Assembly (NCBI GenBank): GCA_000182565.2
Contig: KQ257455.1
Source of the DNA: Spizellomyces punctatus DAOM BR117
Lineage: Eukaryota
DNA length: 64,000 nt
Reading direction: 5' to 3' (one strand)
In this document: positions 49,217-62,725 of the stretch, piece after piece
Numbering within the stretch: position 1 is the stretch's first letter
How the letters are laid out: each line of letters starts with the position of its first letter
The notes under the pieces: model-generated
What the model was told of the DNA's origin: nothing
The model's input: the letters and a program-made list of their open reading frames with translations, nothing else
Databases searched by the model: none
Made by a program: the position numbers and the translations under genes

Positions 49217-52200
49217 CTACCAGTCATCTACGATATCTTCGTCCAGATCCAACTTGGATAGGTCTGGCAGCTCGTGGATTCCGTTAGAGTATTCTGAGGC
49301 ATTTGAGCTTCGTGTCGGCAGTTCCGTAGCTTCCACTTCGTCCACCAAATCAACATTTACATCCTTCTCTCCAAACGCGCGAGCACTGGCATGGTAATAT
49401 CCTTTTCGGTAGTTGCATAGGGAATCAAGCAGATGCCGGTGATGGGAAGCTGTGTCCATACGAGCTTCAGTAAGTATTCCGTCATTCACGCCATAACTAC
49501 CATGACTCGTTAACCATGAGTTCGTAGGTGACTTACAAACAGCAGTATTCCATTGACCAGATCCTATGATTGCTGGAGACTGTCTCTGGGACCGATGGCC
49601 TCCCGACACACCATATCCCTCAGGACCTGTCACCACCGAACGGGAGTGCTGCCATTGTCCTGATGTCCCGCTCCACGAAGTCCGAATCGTTCGTTGCGGC
49701 GATCGCATCATTATTCCAAGGAACGGTAGTACATCCGTGCACATGGCTGATGAAGAATATCGGCCTAAAGTCGGAAAGTAGTCAGGTATAAACCACACCT
49801 CTGCAGAACTCTCTACGCGTATAATGACCTGTCAAATGCATGCCTGGGTTATTTGAACCCCCTGCGCAACCTGCTTTCGTCCAATCAAGTACCGCCTCCT
49901 GTATGCCGCTTTTAAATTCTAGTGTTCGTCTTCTCACCGCCCAATCCTCTGGCCTGTGCATCTGGCGGAATCTTTGAGGGGGAACGGGATGGGTGTGGGC
50001 GAATAGCAAACCTCGGGATGCGACAGACGCGGCGTACGAAGAGAGTTGCATTTGATGCTACAGATGATATTTCTTGAGGGTGCTGTACCTTTCTAGAAAC
50101 CTCACAGACCATTACCTGCCAGTTTCCTGCAAACAAATCTGAGATGCTGAAATATGCACTGGATGTCTGGACTTCTTCTATCTCTACAAAGAACGATAGA
50201 CAGTTCTCATGAAGAAAAAGTCCAAACGCTTCCGAGTCAAGATGGGCGCGTTCGAAAGCTTCCTTTGGAGTTGAAGTGGCGTCAGCCCACCTCTCGGAGA
50301 ACAACTATTACCCTTAAAAGCATGTACCTCTGGATTATTCGCCAACGGCGGCCGAAAATGCTCGCTGAGATGGGAAGGTAGCTGCTCGGGACTTGACTGT
50401 GCCAGCATGCTATTCATATCGGATGCTTCCTTGGACGGTAGCTCATCCCCTGTGTAATAGCAAAGTTGAGATTCATCAGAAGTTCATCTAAACCTTAGTG
50501 TCATGCATACGTTTGTTGTAGAGTATCTTTCCAAGTGAATGAAAGAGTGCCAAGTTGGTTTCGCGCGATCCGACGTAATCCAATTGAAGATTACTGAATG
50601 TTTAGACGTCAGTAGAATTCACATCTGAAGAATTTGACTATCAAAGATCACATACGAATTTTTGACTTTGGGGGTCCGGTTCTTAGCTCGCGCGCCTTTC
50701 CGAGCAGTAGCCGCACTACTTGAGTTGGAGCTGATCCGCAATGTGAGAAACTGGAGGGCATTTATCGCGCAGCGGATATCCCCCCCGCTTGATTTTGCAA
50801 TAACCTCAATGCTCTCCTTGTCTGGACGCAGGGAGGAGCGCATCGGCGAACGGAACTCGAGATCCGTAATCCGCGTAAGAGCTTTCACCAAATAAGTTGG
50901 AGCAATCGGATTGAAGCTGAAAAGCAAGGTCATTATAGAGACTTCTACCAAGAAAAAAGCGAGCCATTATTTACGCACCTTATTTGTGTATACGCACTGG
51001 ATGCGCTAACGTCCGCAGGTATTAACGTTCTTACGCTTACAACGTCTGTCCTTCCGTTACTCCTCCTCTCATTGCCATGCTCCACCACAGTAGTATCGGT
51101 AACAATAAATACAAGAGGAAACTGGCTACGCGGAGAGCGGATATAGGCTCGAATCGCTGTATGGAGAGCCGTACGGGTGGAAAGATGGGCGACATTTGGA
51201 AGGTCCTCCACTAAAATGATCTTGCGTGTAGTGGCGCTCGGGGAATGGGTAGGGATAGTCTCTGCATTGAGGGATGCTGAACTGACAAAGGTAAGGGCAG
51301 GTGTCTTACTAGCAGACGCTAGGAAGTTTTGAAATTGCCGAGTCAAAGATATATATCCCGCCTGCCATCGTCGATCTTTGGATGGGGCAACAAGATGAGT
51401 AGAGAACAAAGGATAGCAAGGGTCCGTCTCAATACCTTCGTCGACATCCGCGTGCATATCGTCTTCATTTAGCTTTATCATGTTTGTATTTATTGGGTTA
51501 CTCCATTCAAGGATCTCAAAGTTCATTTCCTTAGATAGCGTCCGTAGGACTGCAGTTTTGCCCGCTCCAGATGGACCCGTTAATACAAGGAGCTTCGCTG
51601 TCTAGGCAGATCATCATTAAATTCGTCTTTGCTAGCGCGCTATTGAGATGCCTAACAGCCAAACGCACTTGTCCCTTGCTACGTCGCAGTCCATCTGCAG
51701 TGGACAGGGCATCGACGAGCCATTTTTTCACGTCGGAAACCTTCTTGTTATTCACAGCAAGTTCATTCTGATCCATCTAGTTTAGTACACCAATATGAGT
51801 GGGCTTCAATTAGAAGACAAAGCTTACCTCTGACAGTGGGTGGTATTTGTCAATCCACAGCTGCGTTTCTAATTGAACATGTTCTGCAACATGAGTTCAT
51901 CTGACCATATATCTACAGATGAAACAATCCCCTCTAACCTTGTTGGGGGCTAGATGCACGACGCTCTGGCAAGGGAGCGCTTGGGATAATCCAGCGCTGG
52001 GATAATTATTTTAAGGTGTGATACACATTACACTATCATAGTTTGGTTACCTACTTGAAGACCTGATGGTGCAGTGGTTTGCTCTCGCTGGAGGTTGGCT
52101 GCTTGATCATCCTTCTGCAGTTTGCGTCGCTTAGGGACAGCTTTGCTACCTTCGTCCGTGGAAATTTTCACCTCGCAGTTGACCTTCACAGTCTCCGTTA

Positions 52201-52863
52201 CCAGTCGCTTAGACCTCCGCAGAATTTTGTCTTCAACAGGCGAGAACTCCGCGGTTGTGGTTGGCATTGTCTCATGTAAAGTTTCATCTTTTTCTGTGGC
52301 ATCTCGGGAAGAATTTGAAGGTTCAGTAGAAGGTGGAATGCATGATTCGCGTGTTATCTCCAAGGAGAGGTTCTGTGTATTGGCATATGACATCTCTTCC
52401 ATTGGATCAATCAGCGTTGTGGGTTCTTCCAAGATGGTTTCATGGCTTCGAAGTTGCTCGACGGGTATCGCTTTCTTGATTTTCAGCTTTGGGGTCTTGT
52501 CCTTAGAAACACTCTCTCTCTTGCGAGATCTCACGACTCTCTCCTTTCTGACTTCTTCCACCAGTAACGGGGTTTTGGGTCGGTCACCGGTGCCTTCGTC
52601 AGCAAACGCGGCATCTGTCGCTTCCGATGGTGCGCGTCGGCGCTGGCGTCGTAAGGATCTCAACGACAGTGTATCATCTTTCTCAGTAGCATTTCCCTGT
52701 CGGAGAAGCTCTGATCGCTCGTCCACAGTAGTCGCATCCGAATCGGAAGAGACCACACGGCGGGTTCTCCTTCGAACCTGCGAGTGCGTTTCAGCCTTTG
52801 AATTCAGCAAAGTTGGCCTTTACACCCATTCTATTACTCATACATCTGTGGAAACCTTACCAT
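49217..52863 (-). CDS. RAD17: Checkpoint clamp loader Rad17/Rad24
   Basis: LWIDKYHP..ELAVNNKKV, LLVLTGPSGAGKT, ILEWSNP, IILVEDLP, FNPIAPT, GGDIRCAINALQF, LFHSLGKILY, LFLHENC, acidic C-terminus DEDIVDDW. Confidence 0.92.
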
Positions 52864-53055
52864 TCAAGACAGAATAGGGCTCCCGACTCTCATAGATCGC
52901 GATTTAAACCTGAATTATAAGCGAGGCAGAGCCAAAGCCGGAGTTTGCTGGTTCCAAATGGAGTCAATTTTGGTTGGAGCCGTTGGATCTTATCGTGCTG
53001 AGATTCAAATTCATTGGACGCGCACTTGCTGCCTGACCAACCTTGGAACAGGGCT

Positions 53056-53916
53056 ATGTCCATCCCGACGACACCGTCTGAATCTCCATCAGAGCAGACG
53101 TTCGAAGAGAAGCTGCAAGAGTATGTAGACGCCTTACTGCGTCTGGGGATCAGCGTACACGATTTTGAACCTGAGAACGCCGAGTCACTGTTTGACCAAA
53201 TGTAGGTGTGACGAATCGTAGGTGGGGGTCTCAGGCCAGTTGCGGAGTGCCGATTCACGCTAAGCGAATGCGACGAACGGACATGGGCACTGGGGAATGT
53301 CTAGTGAATGGATGACTGTTTTGGGTCGATTGCACTGGAAAAAAGTGCGAGATCCTTTTACAATGTTCAGATCCGCTTACCAAACCCCGATTTGATGACA
53401 GAGACGGCCTTGTTGACGATCTCAACGAACTCAATGCTCTCAAAGAGCAGGTCGATATTGAAGTTCCTGGAAATGTCCTAGAGTAGGTCATTTGTACCAT
53501 TCACAATGCGCTCTGGTGCACGTCTAAAGCAGCCGCCTGACATAGCCAGGTGGAGGATGGCGCCAACCCGGACATTCTCGTGAGAGATTGGGCTCAGACG
53601 CTTGTGGACAAAAATCAAAAGACGCACGGTCATATATGTGCTCTACAGGTGTGTTCTTCCCAGTTCGTGATGGTGTACGGTATCACTTATAGGGAGCCGA
53701 CTATAGGAGTTACATGACCAAATACAGAATGAAATGAACTTGCATTTTCCAAATCTAATTCCCGATCACCCAAATCCGTCAATATCAGAACCCATCCCTT
53801 CATCACAATCACTTCCATCCCCACTGCATGCCATCAAGTCGGAGGTTCCCCAGCTATCATCGACAAAGCAGGAACCAGTCACATCAACTCTTGTGGAGGA
53901 TACAGCACCCACGTAG
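53056..53916 (+). CDS. MED10: Mediator subunit MED10/Nut2
   Basis: LLRLGISVHDFEP, DIEVPGNVLE|QVEDGANPDI..LVDKNQKTHG. Confidence 0.85.
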
Positions 53917-55777
53917 TGGGCTTGTCCTAGCTGCTTACTATCCGTGTTCCAATAGTGCAAATCTCTTACTATGGGTAGGTTCAAAATTAGTGTCGCCTCT
54001 CTACGGAGGTGGACGATACGATTTGCATAATGTCAATACTTAATGGAGGGTGCAGTTGCAAATACATCACTACTTTTGCATATACTGTTTTGTAATGAAA
54101 GAATCGAGCATCCAACAAGGTTGGCATTTGACCTTTGAGAAACAATTACACGTTGGATCAAAATGGTGGATTTGCGAATGTCGCGTCTGGTTAACCACCA
54201 ACGTCCACCTCAGTCATTCTGCAAGTCTTTTTGACATCCATTTTACTCCTCATCTCCCCAAAGACTTTTGAACCAACATCAAAAGCCAACCTATGCAGCC
54301 ACGATCGCCATCTGCATCCACAAAGGTGCTGATTAGAACACAGAGACAGCGCTCTGTCATATTGAGCTTAGTCGGGGAAGTGGTAAGTTGCCATCTTCTG
54401 CATTTTGAACACCTGTTTTCGAGCACTGGGCAGAAAATTAAACCACTAGGTTACTTTTGCTGAACGTAGATAATGGACTGGGCAATCGTACCGTTTCTGA
54501 ACGGATTTTTTTTTGGCGCTATTAACACCTTGACACGACGAGCTTGGAACGCACGCCGTTTTGCGCGGACAGGGCAACCTTCAACCTCGAAAGCTGGTGT
54601 GGCGGTCGAGATGGCCAGGGAGGTTGTATGAATCATTTCATTTGTGGATATTTAGATGTAGATACTGGGATGGAATATATCAGTGTATTTTGTGGGCTAT
54701 TGTCAATTCGTTCGGCCACCGTCATTTTGCCAGAAGTGCTCTGCGAAACCGTGCTCAAAAGTTATACATCGCTGACACCCTTGCACCGCTACGAATTCTG
54801 AGTGTAAGGATAATAACAAATGACAGAAATGAATGGCCGATGACATGTTTCCGATCGCTTCTGATATTTCACGACAATAACGGATTGCGTCTAGTAAACA
54901 GATCATATGCTATGACCTATCTATGCATTACAACGTTGGTAATGCGATAATACGCTCAGGTGCATTATCAACCCCATCATTTGGATCTTACCAACCCTAT
55001 ACGTAACGGACATTACATCCGCAAATCACGTCCATGCACACTGATGCGACAAAACAAGAGATGATGTTTCCGATGTAATGCGAGTTTAGACGTTACAGAG
55101 ACCGAAAGAGCATGATGATGTAGTGCGAGAATAGCCGATGGATGCCCGGCTTGTATAAACATCATATGGAGATATTGAATGGTCTACACTTTACTCTTCA
55201 AAGCGCGGCGCAATCGGAAGATAATATGACAGAAACCATTGAAAGAGCGACGTGAACCTACTCAATCCCAATCGCCAAATAACAGAACACATCAACACCG
55301 AATACGTTGTCCAGCTAAATACACTAGATCATCTTCCAAGATTTGAGTATTTGAATGCCTTTAAACATCTCGTTCCTCCATGGAATCGAGAAGGCTTCAT
55401 ACGTTTCCTCGTCCATCTGCTGAGGCCATTTTCTCCGCTGGAATAGTTCAAGAAACTGGAGCCACCACGTGAGCCCGGTTACGGTGTCAAACATGTTGTG
55501 TAGATCGGGTAGGATATGCCTTTGGTTTATGAAGAGTTCAAACCCCGTTTGGTCGTTGTAATATGTGATGAAGAGCATATATGTGCTCCAAAATCTGTAC
55601 CAAGGCTGTTTACATCCATATAGTATATAGACTGTAGGTAGTGCTAATGTTATGTCATCAAAACTCATTGCGAGCATGCTCGGTAAATTACCGGAGATCA
55701 TAATTAGATGAATTTGATTAATTCCTTTGTATCAGCCATCAAAGTTACAACGATTAGGACCGCTTCACATCCCAAAG

Positions 55778-56871
55778 ATGACATCTTTTCGTGGCTTGGG
55801 AGCTGCAAAAGTGGATGACGAGGAGGTGGAGGATTACATGTCGGATGCACTGTTGGCAGGAATATCGTCACAAGAATCTCGATCTGCTCCGGTAACCTAC
55901 ACCAAACGTCGGGCAGAGAAACTGCGTCGGCAAAAGGAGAGTGGAACCGTCAAGCCTCTGAAGGAGATAGGTTCGTTTGTCGCCAAGCGACTCTTTCTTT
56001 TTGGATACGCAGCTTGACATCTTCCATTGTCATAGAGCGAGAGAGCCGCGAACGAGGACTACAATCACAACTCCCAGAAGAGAACAAGGGATTCCAAATG
56101 CTGGCGAAAATGGGATACAAGTGCGTTTCCATCCATCGTCTTGTCCGCGCCGGCCGTTCAGTATCTAAAGTCACGGCCGTACTCTCATCATTAGCCGATC
56201 TTGAATATTGTTCTCTTGTGTAGGAAGGGGATGTCCCTCGGCACCACGCATGCATCAGAATCGAGAGTGGAGCCTATCACTGTTACTTTGAAACAAGGTA
56301 GGTACCTGAAATATCTGTAGGTTTGAAGCCCTCTTCTAACCCAGCCCCTACCATAGACAGACAAGGGATAGGACTCGCAGACCCTCTGGCTGTAAAGCGT
56401 CAACGAAGCGAAGAACAACAAAGAGCACTAGAGCACGAACAGGAGGAAGCACGGCAGGATTATCGAATGTTGATGAACAAACGATTTGCAGAGAAAAGAC
56501 TGATGGCTGACCTCCGTAAGGCGCGTTTGCAATGTGAACATCTGGATCGAGCAAAGGGAATAGAGAGAAACGAGTTTTGGTTCCCCGAGAAACGGCAGAC
56601 ATCAGTGGATGACAATGGAAATCCACTGGAAGAGGAAGAAGAAGTGCCAACTGAGTTTGATCTAATGGAGGTACGTTGGATGTAGCCGGTTTACCGTTCG
56701 GTCTATAGCTCACCCCTTGGCTTTTCCCAGCCATCGTTGCAATTAATGGCCGTCACCATTTACCTGCGCACACTGCACTACTACTGCTTATGGTGTGGTG
56801 AGGCTTACCCGACTGCAGAAGATCTTGATAATACTTGTCCGGGGGATACAGCAGAATCGCACGACGTGTGA
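55778..56871 (+). CDS. G-patch domain protein (GPATCH11/CCDC75-like, C-terminal DUF4187)
   Basis: EDYMSD, ENKGFQMLAKMGYK|EGMSLG, RQGIG, YLRTLHYYCLWCGEAY..CPGDTAESHD. Confidence 0.9.
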
Positions 56872-57067
56872 ATCTCGCATTAGGACTCTATGGTTGGGGG
56901 ATCCATTTGGATGTCCGTAAGACGGTAGAGGATGATGGTGGTTCTAGTAGATAAACTATACAATGATCCAGCTTTGGTAGAAAGATGTAGGAAAGATAGT
57001 CAGGCAGCGTTCGCATAACAGAAGTCTCCCGATACCATCACATTTTGTACATTAATACACATTCCGT

Positions 57068-58661
57068 TTATGAATTGTTCTCATCGTCGTCGCTCCCGTA
57101 GCCAGCGGAGGCGAGTGCTGCTAGACCCTTAGCATCCTCCTTCCCATTCTTATCTACCACGGAGTCATCGGCGGCCGCCGCTTCTGACGCTGCTGCGCCC
57201 GTGCCACCACTTGTCGCACCCGTATCTGCCTGTCCCGCATGAGCATAATACCAGTTCCGGTATGCTTCTTCATCATATGTGCCACTGTTACCCGTGCTCT
57301 GATAATACGCCTGCCAGTCATACCCTGTCTGATCCCCAACATATCGCCACGCGGTTCCGTCCCACTGCCATCCATTGTAGGTTCCATCTGCACCAGCCCT
57401 GCCTTCACTGTCAAAGACAGTGTTACTAGCGTCCCTTAGGGCAGCGGAAATTGCACTTTCTTCTTCCACTTTTGCGGCTTTGGCGGGTGGGGCTTCTGCG
57501 TAATAGCCTTCGTAGTCTAGAATATTTCCTTGATCGCCAATCACGGGCAGTTTTTGCTGGAGCGCTTCGGATATGTACGCCTCCACCTTCCGCTTTTTCT
57601 CCTCCTTGACGCGCGGATTCGGGTCTTCCGTGGCCCATCGGACATTTAGAATCTGCAATCATTGTCAGCCAACAGATCCACTTGCAGTACAGATTGTGCA
57701 CGTACCTCATTACTGTCTAGCGACTGCCCGTACATCGCCTCTCTCGCAAACTCGGCATTCGATCTTCTCACGTAGCGTACAAAGGCCACAGATTTATGTG
57801 GCAAGATATTGACTATGAATATTCTGCAGTCAGCGTCTCGTGCAGTCAACAATATGCCTGCCGGCAAAGCGAATACGTACTATGCTCAATCTCTCCCCAT
57901 TCGCTAAAGTGTCTTCTTACCACCTCCTAATAGTGGAAAAGGGCCTTCAGATATGTTATCCTCAACATCAAGCCAAGCGCTAGCATACCTCCATTTCAGA
58001 TTGAGGTGCCTTTATATTTCCAATATACAGTGTGCGGTTGTCCCGTTCAAATGACCCAACTTACATACGGTGTGCGTCAGTTTTCGGCCATAAGGTGGGC
58101 CTTTCGATATTTTGACATACCTCCACCCATATCATCTCGGTCCTCTCTGAACCGTTCCCTTCCAAATATATCATGCGCTTGAATCTCTCTGTCTTCCGGT
58201 AAAGGTATCCGGTGCCAGTACTGTTGCAAGACAATGCTGTATGATTATCCCGACAAGTTTCGCAGTTCATCGCAATCAGATACTCACCGAACATGTATGT
58301 CCCTTCATACAGCAGCCTCGAGCAAAGTGAACACAGAACGATGAACCCGTTTGGGCCTTTGTGTATCCCATGTCCCTCGCGATTTTGCAACGGTGTTCGG
58401 CTTTCTCCAATCTGGGTCAAAACATGTGAGATGCTGAAGAGCGCAGCAACCACAACTTCTTCATAACATACGCATTTCGCTTTCGGCCCTCTCCTGTCCA
58501 TCTATTGTACCAAATGTTGTACGTGCCTGCTTGGTCGGCAGCGACAGTCGCCTTCGCCGGGGCGGACACCTAAGCGCGACATTTCAAGACGCAAAGTTTA
58601 GATGCTGCTTCATCGAGAATGATGACTATCTGAATACCTGTTTGCGTGCTGGTCTGTCCAT
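57068..58661 (-). CDS. CWC2: Pre-mRNA splicing factor Cwc2 (CCCH plus RRM)
   Basis: MDRPARKQ, YNIWYNRWTG, FCVHFARGCC, DDMGG|VGSFERDNRTLYIG, AFVRYVRRSNAEFAREAM, ILNVRWATEDPNP. Confidence 0.93.
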
Positions 58662-58838
58662 AGAGAATGCGAGCGTTCGTGTACGCTGGACAGAAGAAAA
58701 GTGGGAATACAAGAGTAGATCGCCGGAGGAGCTCCTGTTCGACGTCCTTCCCTTGTTGCTATGGCATTCCGCACAGTCATCTGGTGGGATCTTTGGAGCT
58801 CACGTATTTGCTTGTGGAGTGACCATAGGAAATCCTCT

Positions 58839-61800
58839 ATGGGTAGTATTGCAGAGCACCTTAGGATTGCTGCATACTTGGCTGGAGGTCAGCAACCTGG
58901 TAGGTAAAGTCTGCTTTTCTGATGGTCAGACTTGGTGTCATATGCTGCGTTTTATTTAGGCTCCACCGACAATCGTGATGCCGTGAGTGCTATTGAAGCC
59001 CGCTTGGAACGAGCAAAATTACCAGAAGAAACCACAGGCATATCACCAACCGACCTCAAGGCCCGCTTTGCTTTAGCCTGTCTTCAATGCCTAAAGCGCG
59101 TAAACGACGCTTTATTATCCACTTCAACCGATGGCTCTGACCTCGGAGCCAGAGATCAAAAGCTCCTGGATACACTTCTGCAGATCACAATTTATTTGGG
59201 AATATATCCGTCACTGGAACCTAATGTAGGACTTCCTCTCTCACGACGCACACGTTTCCCTTTGTTGGATATTGAAGGTCTGCCTTCGCCTATTATCAAG
59301 ATTATGTATTTATTAAACAGCTACTTAATGAGATCATTTTTCCGATCCTTCCTCCTTCTCTTTGGCTATTGTTCCTTTTTCATCTGCTCTTTATCAGGTG
59401 GAACAGAATCTGGTGTCAACCCACAATTCCTATTTTATGTCACCCGAGAATTGGCGTCGATAACTTGCCATGATCGCACCTTCCTAGCGACAACAATTGT
59501 GAACAGGTACCTTGCCGACTTGTATGCCGCGCAATTACAGTTGGCCTTTTCGCCCGAGATACCGGCTATGTCCATGATGTTTAGCGGCGATCAAGAGAGT
59601 CTGAAATCTGTAAATATGCGGGATTACTCCCGTCAGATGTTGGATGAGCTATTTGCAAGGTTGGAGTGCGGAGAATGATTAGATGATCACAGCACGGGAT
59701 TTCTTACATTTTGAGCGTTCAAGAGTCTCGTCGTTGTCGTCATTGGAAGCCTTCTTATCGCTTCTTCGGGCCAAACCACCACCTTGGTTCCGCGCACAAT
59801 GCACCCGGCTTCTATCACAAGTCGTCCTTAGACCAACTGGTGTTCAGACGGTCTTTGAATGCTTCCTACCATCCACTCCAGTTGCTGGTACCGTGTTTGC
59901 GTTCTTATGCGGTGGACCACTTCTGGCTAATGCTTGAGCGGTAGGCGTCCTCGATACTGCACAACTGCAGCATGTCGCCCAGCTCATTTCATCAGTGCCC
60001 AAGCAAGTAGCGTCCGTCGAGGTAGGCTGCTCCATGCACGTAGTCTTGTCCTCATGGCGACTGATCTTTGTGAAAAGGAATACTATTCAATCATCTCCCC
60101 ACAACTTCTGGACCTTGTTGAAAAAGTAGAGTCAACAAGACCCATATTTCGCGCGGCTATATACGTCACAGTTCAGATGATAAACAAACACCCACATTTC
60201 GGGAAGCAATATCTGCTTAACCCGCTTATTGCGCCCTTACTACAATTCTATCGGTCAGATGTGTCGGATAGGAAGGAAACCCGTAGGTATGCCCACTGTT
60301 GTCTGTTTGCCTTAAAGGACTCGGCTTGCTAATCGGCAAGGGCAGCGAACAAAACGTAGATCTTCATGGCAGAGTCATTCTTGCTGATGAAGAGTCCGTT
60401 CAATGCGCAATAGATCACATTCGACAACTGCTCGTTGGAAATGAGATCAGTCACACGCTCATGAACGCCTTGATACCCGGTACGTGCCGGTTTCCTGTGA
60501 AACAGAAGAAGAAACCATCTCTAAATTTTGACCAAAACCTCAGTCATAGCACCACTCTACTACATTCACGACTTTGCGACTCAAAGCGGATCGAACGTGA
60601 AAGTTGCTGTCCATACGATTCTGCTCACATTTTTCCGAACAGCACATACCGATGACGCATCGTCTGCACTTTGGCGAACTTTAATGGATGTTCCGCGCCA
60701 GGCAACCGCTGCTATTGCTGCTGGAGATGCGGGAGGTGTCATGTTGGTAGCAAATGAAGAGGGCAGGTGTGTGTCTTTGCACCTTTCAATATGTACAGGC
60801 GTCGCCTTCGATTGATAACAGTTATTATTTAACAAAAGAGTAACTGTCGATGTGGACCGATTGCAAGAGCTCCTGGATGAAATAAACAATGAGGAGCTGA
60901 TCGCCGAATTCTTTCTGAAACTACTGGAAGTCCGCGGAACACAGACTTCAGATGATCCTGACGACGAGTTTAAGTAGGAAGCCCGAGTTACCTTGAAGGC
61001 GATTTGCTTGTTCTGCTTATTCTGATACGCATCTTTGTCATGGAAAGTAAAATCTTCGCCACCGAACTTATCCTGGGTATCATGAGTCGCTTTGGTGAAG
61101 CTATATTGAAGAAACCACGGCAAATCATCATTTTTGCAAAGAACGCACTATTGAGCGGCGAAGAGGAAGTCGTATCAATGGGACTTGGCCTTTTAAGTGC
61201 TGTCTTAGGGAACGGTAGGCTAATTTCACTGCTGTAGCGGGTTGCATTGGTAACCTGTATCTCATACATCGGATGCAGAGGAGACTGCCTTGGACCCAGA
61301 AACTCGTCCAGTGTTGGATGAGATCCTGATCATATTACAAGCGCACAGTTCCCACGACGCCGTCGAAATAAGAGAGATGGCTAAAGAAGTGCGAATCCAA
61401 TTAATCACACGAACGTCTGCTTTTGGTTCTTTCGGTAATGCGTACAGTTCGTCAATAGTATCTTTTGTGACAATTGAGTTGACCACAAGAAAAACGGTCA
61501 GACACGGAGGAACCAAAGAACAACTCTGCCAGTATTCTCCAAGACGCCCTGAAAGAACTTCAGGATGATCTCATTCCTGTTCGAGCGCATGGAATGCATC
61601 AGCTTCGCAGCCTTATCTTGGCGCATGATCCGATTGTAGAGGAACAAATCAGTACCATCACGTCCTTGTTTCTTGATCAGATTGCGGATGAGGATAGGTA
61701 TATCTTAGTTACTGCTGCTTCAGACAACAAAATCGGTGACAACTTCTCGACCATTTTTTGGTAGCTTTATATACCTCAACGCTGTCAAAGGCCTGTCGGC

Positions 61801-62464
61801 GCTCACCGATGTGTATCCTCGCGCGACTCTCGCAAGTATCGCAGCTCGCTATCACCTATCTACTCTGAACCTCGACTACCGACTACGAATAGGTGAGGCG
61901 CTATTGCAGACAATTCAACGATGCGGTGAAGTGTTTGGAAAGTATTGTGGGTATTTCAACGGGTGCAGCTGCTTGGGGGACAATCCAGTCAGATGCTCAC
62001 GCAGTTCGTATCCGCAGCTCCAGAAATCCTTCCACCCATTCTTAGAGTCATGCACGACCCAGCAAAAGAACTTCGGGCCAGCGCACTCTCTCTTTTAGCA
62101 TGTGTTGCGGAGACAGCTCCGTTGGCTCTGCTACCTGTGCTATATCAGGTGATGGACTATGTGCGGAACCTGCTGGTTTTCGAGAAAGACGTGGAACCGA
62201 GAAGAGGTGTGTTGAACCGCGTGTGGTACCCTTGCCGGACTTGGCTTAACATTTTTGCTCGCCCAAGGTGCCATTGTAACCCTCCTGTCACTCATCCGGG
62301 GGCTGGGCGAGAACATTTTAGCCACGTTACCGCCCGACCTAGTGAAGGAGATTAGCAAACAGCTCAGGATCACAGAGTCGACTGACGCAGACGAGCTAAC
62401 AAGAGTTCATGCTCGGACTGCGCTGAATGATATAAGAGAGATTGTTAGGGGTGTGACTGGGTGA
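58839..62464 (+). CDS. RTP1: RNA polymerase II assembly factor Rtp1/TANGO6 (HEAT repeats)
   Basis: YLGIYPSLEPNVGLPLSRR, LLSQVVLRPTGV, DALKELQDDLIPVRAHG, DED|SFIYLNAVKGLSAL, RLRIGEAL, ELRASALSLL. Confidence 0.88.
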
Positions 62465-62725
62465 TTCGCTTCGGGTAGCATCCTGATTATGGATGACTGA
62501 CGTTTAATCGCATTCCGACGTTATGTGCTCGTCAACATCATGTAATTGAATTCTTCACAACCTACACATTTGGAGCCTTAACCAATCGGTCATTTTCTCA
62601 AACTATGGTACAGTAGAAACAAGCATATCTATAACTGATCTATCAACTCTATAACTGTAACAACAACTCCTCCTCGCACCGAGGACAGGCATAATAGGTT
62701 CAATTTTGCAAACTATGGAAAACTT

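Noticed and set aside
54290-55701. Short ORFs between MED10 and the G-patch gene, including a 125-aa minus-strand ORF
   Set aside because: No recognisable motifs or consistent exon chain; cannot support a gene call
30970-58661. Co-occurrence of U6, Cwc23-like, G-patch and CWC2 as a splicing cluster; likewise VPS27 with DOA4
   Set aside because: Separated by many unrelated housekeeping genes; chance is sufficient without synteny data
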